Origin: Marsupella aquatica
Lineage: Eukaryota > Plantae > Marchantiophyta
DNA length: 64,000 bases
Assembly: GCA_973895155.1 (NCBI GenBank)
Contig: OZ316896.1
Coordinates: 7,831,439-7,895,438, forward strand
Reading direction: 5' to 3'
Shown here: in pieces, positions 27,123-38,734 of the stretch
How the letters are laid out: every line of letters starts with the position of its first letter
Numbering within the stretch: position 1 is the first letter of the stretch
The notes under the pieces: generated by a model
Seen by the model: only the letters and a program-made list of their open reading frames with translations
What the model was told of the DNA's origin: nothing
The model's database searches: none
Translations under genes and position numbers: made by a program

Positions 27123-28915
27123 AATCAATATGTGGTGCCTGATATTGGGGTAATATCACGAGCTATGCGGCAACACCTTGTTGAGGCCATGGTGGCCAAT
27201 GATGGGGAGGAGAATGCGGTACAACATGAGGATGATGACTCTACCCAAGATTGGCTTGAAGATGAGGAGGCCATGGATGAGCTCATGAGCCAATTTTATG
27301 AAGATGATGCTGATATTGGTATGGAGGACATGGGTTTCACCGACGACAACACCACTCATCCTTCTAGGGGGGCCAGCAGAAGGAATGGGAAGAGGCTCAA
27401 CGTCATGCTCGTACTCGCATATTTGAGGGGAGTAGGTTATCTTGGCTCTCAACAATAATGTTATTGTTGAATGTGCAACAAAGACATGGGGCCAGCAACC
27501 TACTTTTGGATGATGTTTTTCATACCCTACATGATCGCATTTTACCACTAGGCAACAACATGCCAAGGTCTTGGAAGGAGGCTAAACAGGTGTTGAAATC
27601 CATTGGTCTAAAGTATGAAGTGATACATCCATGTGTAAATGACTGCATTCTTTTTAGGGGTGAGCATGAAAATGCAATCATATGTCCTGAGTGTGAGAAG
27701 CCGCGGTACCGTGATGACATGTTGACAGGGAGGGTGCCTCAAAAAGTTATGCGGTATTTTCCTCTCATCCCTCGATTGCGAAATCAATACCGTTGTGCAG
27801 AGTTGGCTGAGTATATGGTATGGCACTCACAACATCGTTCTGATATGGGTACAGACTCCAGTGCCATGCGAATGATGGTTGACTCTCCTGCCAATTGAGT
27901 TGTAGAGGATAGATGGGGTGAGTTCAAAACTGACCCACGACATGTGAGACTTGGATTGGTAGCAGATGGTATTAGCCCTTTTGCATTGGCAGGTAAAGCA
28001 AAACCATATTCAGTATGGCCAGTAGTTCTAACAAACTACAATATCCCTCCATGGATGGCCATGAAGAAAGGTCATCTACTACTCTCAATGATCATCCCCG
28101 GTCCTAAGCAAGTAAAAAAGATTGACATCTACTTGCAACCTTTGATTGATGAGCTTTTGCAACTTTGGAGGGGAGTGGATTGTTATGACGGACGTCGCAA
28201 CACTGGAGGTTTATCTCGCGCATTCACCCTCAAGGCCATTCTTATGTGGACCATGCATGATTTACCAGGTAATCACAGTAAACCTTGCAATTAATTTAAC
28301 CCTATTTCATCAATCTTGCACTTAATTAAAAATTGTATTCTTTTCTCTAACCTTCTTTCATTGGCTGGCTGTCCCTTGACCAATCATAGGGTTTGGATAT
28401 ATCTCTGGATTGCAAACATCATGCTATCGAGCTTGCCCTTCATGTGGACCAGATTTGGAGGGAGTGGCAAGACGCAAGTCAACTACTTTGCGGAAGATAG
28501 TTTACATTGGTCATACCAAATATCTTCTTGTAGACCATCCTTGGAGGAGTGACCACTTCCTGTATAACACTGATGAGGGCCAACCTGATACCCGTCTTCA
28601 ACCTCAGCAAAAGGATCCAGCATATTGGACAGAGGTATGGCAAAGAGTTCAAGACCCAGATGATCCATTACAATTTCTCAGATGTGGCATGACCAGTTTG
28701 TCTGCATTATCACAGTTGCCATATTGGTCAGAGATGCCCATTAATCACTTGTTAGATCCGATGCACATTGAGGGGAATGTGGGGAGGTCATTGATTCATC
28801 ATCTATATGGGGAGAAGAACCACAATTGGAAAGAAAGTTGTGAGGAGATGGGGATGCATGGTCTTCTTGGTTTTTGGCCATCTTTGGACCTCCCTGGAGA
28901 CCCCCTAGCATCCAT
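27123..28915 (+). pseudogene. CACTA Tnp2 transposase, 5' part
   Basis: IHPCVNDCILF, CPEC, MRYFPLIPRL, RLGLVADG, SVWPV, YNIPPW, YLQPLIDEL, MWTMHDLPG, LDPMHIEGN. Confidence 0.93.
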
Positions 28916-31900
28916 TGTGATGCCTAGACAGGAATCACTCGGCCAGTTAAGTGGGTAAAGCAGGAAGGCACCCTAGAAACACCTTAGTATAGGGACAAAA
29001 CAAGGAAAATATAAACAATTAGGGGCGACTATGGAACCCGGGCCGAGGCCGGAGGTAAGGACGCTGGGGATGAAAACTCGATTAGGGTTAGGGCGCGCTA
29101 AGCGTCGGCGGCTAGGAAGGATCAATGGGAGGAAGGACCGGAAGAGGAGAGGGGTAAGGAGCGCTTGCAAGAGATGGTGGCTCATTTGCGAGCATGAACT
29201 AGGCAGATGACTACGGGAGGCCAACTACTGTCAGTTGCTTAGGCAAGCACTCGGGGAGAGAATAGATACCGACGATCGACCTAAGGAGGGTATGAGCAAC
29301 GTCAATCAAGCGGCACATTTCTGGGGATGCCTGTTCGAACGAGCAACTAAGTACATCAAGACTTACGAGGACAAGGAATCAGAAAGGGCAGCTCGAGAAT
29401 GGCAGGAGCTCGCTCGATTATGGGAGCTGCAGAAGACGGCTTTCTTAGGAGGCAAACTCATCAAGGACGAGTTCTTGTGGACTCCTACTTCCAATCAGCT
29501 CGACGATCTTCTGTTTTGCAAAGACAGCGTCGTCGGCATCCGAGAGGCCATCAAGAACTGCAACGACATACACTGGGAATTGAAGGGTAGCACGGAAAGG
29601 TGGACCCAGGCAATGGTGCTAGGAGAAACCTCCACGGCAGCAGAGATGAAGAGGAAGGGAGCCGTCAACGATGAAGCCACCCCGGCAAAAAGAATGAGGT
29701 CGGCGGCACCAAAGAAGCCAGCCGAGCAGCAGAGCAGGAGGCAGGGAGAAGCCGAAGAGGAGGAGGTTGATCCCATCAAGGCCATTCCAACCAGGGATGA
29801 CACCTGGAAGGGCTGGGCAAGGAGTTCCGGTCGTTCCCCGGGCCATCAACGAAGAATGGCTTCTTCCGGAACACCTGCACCAACCCGCACATAGGAGAGA
29901 TGATCGACTTCTTGCGGGTGACCATGCATTGTAACTTGCCGAGGGCAGAGATCGGCAAGGCACAGGTCTATCTGGCAGAGAGGCCAGACCCAAGCCGGGA
30001 CTACAACGGGTACCTCCTCAACCAATTGAAGAAGATCTTAAAGGAGGAGCAGCAGGTAATCGGCATGGGGAGCGTGTCGCGGCTTGGCTATCACATGCCG
30101 CTGTTGTGCCGGTATGCCAGAGGTCAGACTTTTGCCCCAGTACTTCCCCTGCAGGTAAGGGCACCCGAGGAAGCTCCAGCACCGAGGCCGATAGTAGAGA
30201 AGCCTCAACCACCTGTTAGCCCTACGATCGAGCAGGTGTTTAGACCAAGGAAGGAGGACTTGCCGATGCAGCAACCAGGCATGCAGAGTCTGCTGAAACT
30301 ACTGGAGAAAGAAAAGAGATCGGCATCAGCAACGACAACGGCAACGACAACAATACAGGACACTACTCCAGAGGTAGGCTTACACCGGCTTACAAGAGAA
30401 AACCCCTTTGCTGGAGACAAGGAGAGAATCAGGCCGGAATCCAAGCCAGGAGTTCGAATGTATGTGGGAGTCTCAAGCTCTGAATCTGAGGCAGAATTGC
30501 CTGAAGCTCCTACCGACGAAGAGGAGAGGGAGAAGCCGGATGTCCAAGAAGTAGAGGAGGCAGTGGAGGACTTCAGCCATGATAACTCCGGCTATGGGTC
30601 GGACCATCACGTTCCAGGAGTAAGGACCTGTGGCCGGTTTGTCCCCACACTTCCAAGGGTAGTACGAGGGGACCCCAACCAGCAGAGTAGCCCTGAGTCT
30701 CCCCCACCAGATGTTGCTCCCCCGAGCTTTGACGGCATAAAACAGACGGCGCAGGAATTTCAGGAGCGAATCAGGCAGGAAGAGGAGGCAGCCCTGGCTA
30801 GGGAAAAGGATTTACCAGGAGGAGATTGGCCGGAGGACATCAGGCGGCTAGCCGAAAAAGGAAGCAAACCTCTAGCCACGATTGAAGAGATCCGCAAGAT
30901 GGCTTGGGAGCAGAGGCCGCGATGGGCGATGCCGATCACTTCTACTTACTCCACCTACGCTAAGAATAGAGCCATGGAGTATGGTGAGATGTGTGGGGAA
31001 CTTGCGCTCGGCATCTTTGGAGAGGAGTTGGAGGTAGGACCCTTTTTCCATAGGGAGCAGTTGGAGAAGCACCAATTAGAAGAAGCGGTGGCTTTAGAGA
31101 GAAGCAAGAAGGACGAGGTCATTCGGCGGCTTAGGAGGATGGAAGCCGAGATTGAAGATCTAAGGGCGGCCAAGAAAGCCCAAGATGAACTGCGGATTAA
31201 ATGGCATGAGCTGAACATCATGCAGGGGCAGTTGGACACCGCGCAGGCTGATAATCAGAATATCAAGGATAAACTGACTCAGACGCAGGGAGAGTTGGCC
31301 GATACGATCAAAGAGAGGGAGAAGTGGAAGCAAGAGCTGAGGAATGCAGAGGAGGCCCACATAACAGCCAACAACCGGGCCATGGCGGAGACCCAAAGAA
31401 AGGAATGGGCATTGAAGGGGGAGCTCGAGAAAATCCGTGGAGCCCTTGAGCAGAAGGAGGCCGAGTTAGGAAAATCCTATCAAGGGATTATGGCGCTGCA
31501 GCAGGAGCTTGCGTCCCTGACGGCCAGCTTCAAGGCCGACCTAAGGGAGAAGGACGAGATGCTCGATCAGACTTACGCCAAGATGAATCAGATGGAGTCT
31601 GTCATCATTGCAGAACTCGACAAAGAGCTAAGAGAAACCCGGGAGGAGAGGGCTACCTTGAAGAAAGAACGGGAGGAAGCCCAGAAGGAACTAGAGGAGG
31701 CGCGCAAGGACCTGGATGAGACCCAGGAGGAGTTGGAGGAAATCACGAGGAAGATGGAGAACCTCCAGCGGCGGGCCGACAACCAAACGGAGCGGCTGAA
31801 GAAACAAGCCGCAGTATTTAAGTGCTTGTCTTCATCAGGCCCAACTCCAATTGGGGCAACCAAGTTACCAGGAGTGGTACTGGCCGAAGAAAAAGCCGCG

Positions 31901-33267
31901 CCACCTACACCAGTGCCGGAAGTAAGTGGGAAGGGGAAGGGACCAGCTGCCAAACCAAAAAAGAAGAAGAAGCGGAAACCTTCAGGGTCAAGGAGTAATC
32001 CGACTCCACAGGCAGTGGTGACCAAGGAGGTAGACCCAGCACCATCCTCCGACATGAATACGACAATAGATCCCGCTATCATCAAAGGTGGGGATGGTGC
32101 GGCCCAAGCCGAACTACTCAGTAATGAGGCTGGTATCCCAGATCCGCCTCTTGAGCAGGCCGGGGAGACCGTTGCCGAGGCTGAGGCCGTAATCGATTCC
32201 TGAGCCGATGCCGACGCCGATTGTGGACCCAGTCAGGCCGATGGAGAGTTGACTCAGTCAAGGGCAGGTAATCTGTCAGAGAACGAACCTACGGCAGTGG
32301 ATGAGGAGGAAGCGTTGGGGGCGTCCATTGAGGATCCACCACCGGTGTCGTGACGGTGCAAGGGCGCCGTTCCTTTTAGGAAGGGCGGACGTGGAGGGAG
32401 GAGGCGTGAGTGGGCAGGGCGGGCGCTGATCTCCAAGTTTAGGATTAGGATCAGGACCAGGGGCGGCCCTGACACTTAGCTTAGTGGGATTGCGGTTCCA
32501 CTGGTAGGAGCAACACTTGTGCTCCTGCCTTGCTGTACATAGGTAGATCCGGGCAAGTAGATTACTGTTAGGTAGATTAGGCTTACGTTGCAAAGAATTA
32601 GGCGGATCCACTACCAGGATAAGTACCTGGGCAGCGGGGAGCTAAGGGCCTCTTCTTTAGCAAGTTTTTAGTTTGCACCAGCCGGGCTGGGATCAAGTAG
32701 TAAGAGAAGCTCTCGGTTAGTCATACAGTGACCCTTGTGTATATTCATGTTTCCTCATGCCTAAGAGCTGAATAGAGTTGGCCTCACGGCTTAGTTCGCA
32801 GAGCTTGTGTATGAGATGTACTGTTTGTATGGCAAGTGCATGGTATGACTCAGTCAGAAGGAGTCATTTTGCTATTTGTGTGTCGCATTAACTTGTGTGA
32901 AGAGTGCCCACATCAACTAGAAGGAAGGAAAGTAAGCAGGGGAGTGAGAGTTGGATGTGTCGAGCTGAGAGAGGTCTTAGCGGCTTAACCAAGCCTATTG
33001 GGGATCATTCCAGCGGCGGAATCCAAACATACCTAACAAGACGGAGGGGAAGACGAGGGAAGGTCTAGATTAGGCCGGCTACGTATCTCATGACCCGATG
33101 AAGGATCTGTCCAGTATATATGTGTAAAATGTTAATAGTAGTAGTAGAAGGTTAGCAGCGTCCCATGCCGCTAAGCCGCAGAAACAGCCTCGCCAAGCGC
33201 GAAACCTGCGGGAATCGGCTTGAGCTGGGGGGTTTCTTGGGTTTAGGGAGCCATGGGACGCACCACA
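28916..33267 (+). mobile_element. 4.35-kb TG...CA element, copy B
   Basis: TGTGATGC...GCACCACA termini and TSD TCCAT (28911-28915 and 33268-33272). Interrupts the CACTA transposase. Confidence 0.93.
29031..32353 (+). pseudogene. coiled-coil ORF of the TG...CA element (copy B)
   Basis: Homologous to 9476-13061. Internal deletion of about 300 bp near 29820 and stops at 29208 and 32201. Confidence 0.8.
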
Positions 33268-34417
33268 TCCATCCACCTTGGGTTTTGACTAGGGCAGAGC
33301 GCACTGAGTTTCGCAGACGTATTGGGTCAATGAGGTTTCCCACAGGTTATGGCGCAAATCTCCGAAAAGCATTTGGGGGGGATGATTCTCCAAAATGGTC
33401 ATCTTACTTGAAAACACATGATTATCATTGGTTACTAGAACATGTCATTCCAGTTGCGATTATTGGATTGGGTAGTGAGGAACTTCGTGATGCCCTTTGG
33501 TCATTGGGAAAGCTTTTGAGATGGGTATGTCAGAAGGAGGTACAGGAGGATGAAACTGCTGCAATGGAGATATTTGGAGTAGAGGTTATTTGTAAGTTGG
33601 AGAAGGCACTCCCTCCCTCTTTCTTTGATGGCCAGGTCCATTTTCTCATACATTTAGTGCATGAGGTTGCAATTTCAGGCCCAATGCATTGTCGATGGAT
33701 GTATTGGGTTGAGCGTTATATGGGGGTGATGAAGTCGTACGTCTCTGATCGTGCTAGGGTGAAAGGTAGCATTGCAGAGCATCATCTTGGAGCAGAGAGT
33801 ATGTTTTATTGTACAAACATAGTTGGCACACTAGATCCTAACGCTCCTAGGGGATGGATACATGAGGCAGCGCGAGAGGTGGACTATGAGGATGATAGAC
33901 TCACTGGGGCATCAGGAGAGCGTCTCTTGAGCTCAGCGGAGCGTTTGCAACTCACAACATTTATGTTGTATAATTCACCAAAGGTTGTAGGGGAGTGGAC
34001 AACATTTTATGAGGAGAAGAAAAACAGTCGGCGACCATGATTATTTCCCAAGTTTCACCCATACATGAAGTCAAAGATGCTAGAAATTGATGCCTTGGTG
34101 GGTATTGGGGAGAGCATATCACACTTCCCAAAGGTGACTGATAAGCTTCGTACCTTGATTCATGGTCCACTACTTATAGTCACGACTCGGACAGCCATGT
34201 GGTCCAAGGGGAGACATTTTCGTGTTGAATGACTTGATGAGAAGAGGGCAGCTACACAAGATTGTGGGGTGATGGGTTGGTTCACCCAGGATTCACAGAG
34301 TAGCACATCAGACAGGAATCCCATTCGGTCCACCGTCGCCCATTATGGAAAGATTGAGGAAATCCTTACCATAAAGTACCATGCACATACTACTTTGGAG
34401 GAATTGGTATTTAAGTG
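33268..34417 (+). pseudogene. CACTA transposase, middle part (DUF4218-like)
   Basis: FPTGYGAN, LKTHDYH, LPPSFFD, HLVHE, GPMHCRWMYWVERYM. Confidence 0.9.
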
Positions 34418-37099
34418 TGTGCCGCCGATGACATGGTCCTTATTCTATAATCTGAGTAACTAGGTTGCTGTATGCAAGGAGTAGCTATTGATACCGCATA
34501 ACAATTAGCAAGCTGGCAAGAATAAGGGCAATCATGGCGTTAAGAGTAGGGATAAAGGTATTTCAGCTTGAAGACTGCACAACCAAGGCAGACACAGTTG
34601 AGGTAGTCACTATCAAGGCCACAAAGGAGAAGCTGGGGAAGAGAGGAGGAAGCGAGTCTCCATAACTGAATATGAAGCTGTGTGGTATGGTGATTGTTCT
34701 CATGATAAAATTTGAATGTCTTGGGTGTGTAGCCTCATTTTGTTAGTTAGGTTAGTGGTTCATAGTCTAGTCTTAGAATGTTAGGGAAATAAAAGGCTAT
34801 GTCGCGGGTGGTCGGTGACCATATCTCGTTCAATATGTCACCAAATCCGGATCTGTAAAGAGCATTGGAAAGATCTGGTCAAAGCTAGTAAAATCGATAT
34901 AAAACACTCGGGAAACGGAGGTGTATTAAGGAAGATACGGCCTGATTAGTGTGACGGGTTAACTTGTGGTCGGAATTAGCGGATTCGGCTTCAGTTTCGG
35001 GTTAACCCAAGCTCGGCCACGGCTTAGCTTAGGTAAGCACGGCTTCAGCTTAGCTCAGGTAAGCACGGCTTCAGCTTAGCTTAGGTAAGCACGGCTTCAG
35101 CTTATCTCAGGTAAGCACAGCTTCAGCTTAGGCTTACCCGGGTTCGGATTAGATTAATCCCGGGTTAGACTAACTCGGGTTAGCCTAAACTCGGGCTCAG
35201 GTTAGCATAGGTAAGCTTGGGTTCGGGCTCAGCTTAGGCTAGGTTAGCGGATAGCGGGTAGCGGCCTAACCAGAGACCACGGGTTAGCTCTACTCGGGTT
35301 AGATAGGATAGCTAGGTTAGCCGAACTCGGGTTAGCTATGTAACTTGGGTTAGCGCAATAGTGAGTACCCCCTCTCGGTTGCGGGGGCATAACTCTCTGC
35401 GTATTTGACCAAATCGGCTATAATTGACCTCGTTGGAAAGAGGAGCTCAAGCCGCTTCCAACGCTGCTATCCACGCAGAAAATGGTTGAATAGAGAAATC
35501 AGGAGAGGAGGCGAAAGCTCGCAAAAACCATGGAGGAGGGCCAAATCCGAAGTACATAGCCAATTCGAGATAGAAATAAAGTTGCGAGTTAGGGTTCAGT
35601 AGTTAGAGATAGTGGCGGCTCTGTTATGGTTGGGATGGGGCTCCAGCAGCGTAGTATCCACCCATTTGGGCTCAGTATGAGAGTATATAGAGCAGCCCCC
35701 CGGTAGAGGCAAGGGGGGGGGACTTCAGTTGTGTGATCTCACTTAGACTGAGCAGCAGGGAGGAGCTCTGTGCAAGCAAGGTTGGACTTGGACGCTGCAT
35801 GTTGGGGAGAGCTTGGTTGTGCTATTACTCAGGGAGTAATCAGCCAAGCTTCACAGCAACGGGTTGCTAGGTTTGCAAGCTGGATTGTGGCTCTTTCTAG
35901 TGGGTAGCACAACTGGGTTCTTTCCCCCCGATACAGAGCCTTGGTGATAGGTGATGTATTGGTGATTGTAAACTGTGGGGAGGATTTCAATGTGATTTGT
36001 GGTGAGCACATTAGGGAGGCTGAGACATTGATTGAGGGGCAGCAGGAGGAGCATTTACAGTTCAGTCTGGCAAGGCTACGTGATCCATGGGGAGTCCCGG
36101 CCTTTGTCTGGTGGAGAGCACTAAGGGATCTATGGCCAGAGCGGAGCTTGCAGGGCAAGCGTGAGGCCGGGCCTCATTGCAGTCTAGGGTAGATCGCCGT
36201 TAGGCCTGGTACCAGCTTTGAAGTCGAGTCAACTATGTATGCGTAACTTGACGTTATGAATTGGAGGTGTGAGATCTGTATGTGCCCCCAAGAATGAAGT
36301 GCAGTGAAGGAGGTTGAGTTCAAGATTGAGTTTGCAAGGCAAGTACGGGATTGGTTTGAGTCCAATTTGCCGTCGCAATCTGGAGTGAGCTGGGCTCAGG
36401 TTCAGGATTGAGCTTGCATGGCAAGCATGGGGCTTGCGGGGCAAGCACGCCACAATCTGGAGGAGACAGCCTTCGGCCCTAGTATTCGGATCAAGTGTTC
36501 TCAGTGAACTATTGTGCACATCATTGAATTTAATTGAGTTTTCCTCTTAGGCCTCATTTCTCTCATGGATGTGTGTGTGTGTGAGGCAATCTGAGTGTAT
36601 GATGGGACTAGCAGCGCCATTGAGAGGTGTACAGGGTGCATTGAAGCGGGCTGGGTGAGGACTGTCATAGCTCTGATTGCTGAGAGTGGAATGGCAGAGT
36701 GGTGGGGCAATGGGTTAGAAGTCCCTAAGTCGGGAATCAGTCAGGAGTCACTGGTTTATGGGTACATTCCGGCGGCGGAATAGAAACATACCTATGACAG
36801 TAAGCATACATATAGACCTATGCGCACCGTAGCGCTAGGCCCTGTGTGTACGGGCCCGATATGAAGACCCCTTCTCACCAGAACTATCATGAGCGCAGAC
36901 CTGATCCCCAACCTTGGTTCCTTGGGATTGAGCTTGGGTGATGTGTGATAGAGTCTTGCTATGATAGTCTGGTGTTAAGGGCATAAATTGGTGTTTACCG
37001 GCCTTCACAACATCCCTTCGTGATCCTCAGGTACAAGGAGATGGTTTTGGCACCCATAGTGACGTTTTTGGTGTTAAGACCCATGTCAATCGCGTGACA
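34418..37099. mobile_element. solo LTR (2.7 kb) inserted in the CACTA transposase
   Basis: TG...CA termini and TSD AAGTG. Removal restores LVFKC|KWFK. Confidence 0.9.
35012..35135. repeat. 26-bp tandem repeat (CACGGCTTCAGCTTAGCTYAGGTAAG) and degenerate GGGTTAG repeats inside the solo LTR
   Basis: About 4 visible units. Confidence 0.8.
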
Positions 37100-37390
37100 A
37101 AGTGCAAATGGTTCAAGATGAATCTTGTGGGCCACAACCGGACATGTGAAGATGATGCATGCGGTTTTACCCGATTGAAGACAATCGCAAATAGTGTCAT
37201 CAGCTCAAATTGGAGGTCCTCAGATCCCTTTGTGTTCCCCCATCACCTTGAACAATGTTTTTACCTACCCTATCTAGATGACTCAGATTGGTCCATTGTC
37301 ATGCCATACATTCCACGATCACGATCCATCGTCCAGGATAGACCTAGTGTAGTTATAGTGGAAGATACTGACATTCCCTCCACTAGTTAG
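37100..37390 (+). pseudogene. CACTA transposase C-terminus (DUF4216-like)
   Basis: KCKWF, DACGFT, DPFVFP...QCFY...WSIV. Confidence 0.85.
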
Positions 37391-38734
37391 ATCAATATCT
37401 AGTACATCAAAGGCGTAGCTAACCCCTACCATCTTATTTGTGGCTATTTTATTGGCATTACATATTTATCGGCATTTCATGTGTTCTCACTCTCTACCAT
37501 TGCATAAACTATATTGCTACAAGTATCCATAATCAAACCATGACCACAAATACAATGTTCCATTGTCAATCCCATGGAATCTACATCGCACAGGCATCGG
37601 TACTCGGCCGGAGAACTAAACCTCTTTCCAATATTGAAAGTGACAGGACACATGCGATTCAAAACCTATCGAAACCATTTTTCCATTCCAGAAAACATCA
37701 GACCCCTCGGCAAAAATGACGAAGGAGGGGTCCAATATGCTTACCTTCGGACACCTTCCGATACTTTTATTATCGCACCTAGGTTCCGAAGCAATATCTT
37801 TCCCAATATTATGTCCGTTGTTTTAAATATCGAACCATGTCCGTTTGTTTTTCCAACGAGCCTCAGGTTTGAGTGTAATTGCATCGGAAGCTAAAGCCTT
37901 ACTTTTGTCGTCTCTTTGCGATGCTATTAATTTTGGACATTGTCCGATAGTGCTGGTATGGGATATAGTTTGCGATGCATTTTACATCGGTACCTTTAGT
38001 TTCGATATATTTTGAATCAGAAATTACGATGGTTTTAATATCGGAATTTGTCCGATGCGTTTGGTTTTGGACGGGTCAAAGAAGCCGCGATTTGAGTATC
38101 GGAAAGAGACCAAAAATGTACTAGTGGAATGTGGAGGAATTGAGTTTTTTGACGGTTTTTGCTTATACAATGGAGAAATTGTGTTTCTACCATTCTTGAA
38201 TGATTGTTTGTGAGTTACATTGAGCCCCGGGTATGCAACTCCCCTTTTAATAAGGTAAGTTTATAATTCTTATATTGGCCTTATATCCAATTGACCATCT
38301 TAGATTTCATTTTAGTCTACTAAAGTCTTGTACCTCTCAACTCAAGGAATCCAAAAATGTAACTTAAAAAAAAAACCAAACATGTTTTGATGTACAAAAA
38401 GTTGATCAAAACCAGATTATATGGGTTTTTTTAAATACAGGGGTCTACAACCAAACTAGCCAGCTTTTTAGGACTTTTCTTAAAAATTTTAAAATCTTTT
38501 AATAAAAATTTCAACAGGTATAGATATATATTTTAATTTCATATGGAAAAAGAAGAAAACCAAACCTTTTATATGACTTGAAAAAAAATTTAAGTGGAAA
38601 AACCCAGGTTTTTTCAAATTTTAATTATTTTGTATAGCCAACTTTTTAGTTCATATAAAAATATAGACCCCTGGCTGCCTATAATATAAGAGTTGCGTAC
38701 CCGGGCATTGAGCAATACCACCACAAGACAGACT

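Larger units (their letters stand above)
19348..38126. mobile_element. complete CACTA (En/Spm) DNA transposon with three nested insertions
   Basis: 17-bp TIRs CACTAGTACATTTTTGG / CCAAAAATGTACTAGTG, 3-bp TSD GAA on both sides, and subterminal CATCGGA/TCCGATG repeats. Confidence 0.95.

Noticed and set aside
35140-35360. Telomere-like GGGTTAG repeats
   Set aside because: Degenerate, dispersed and inside a solo LTR, so not a telomeric array.
38438-38673. Possible hAT-like MITE (CAGGGGTCTA...TAGACCCCTG)
   Set aside because: Only a 10-bp inverted match and no 8-bp TSD.
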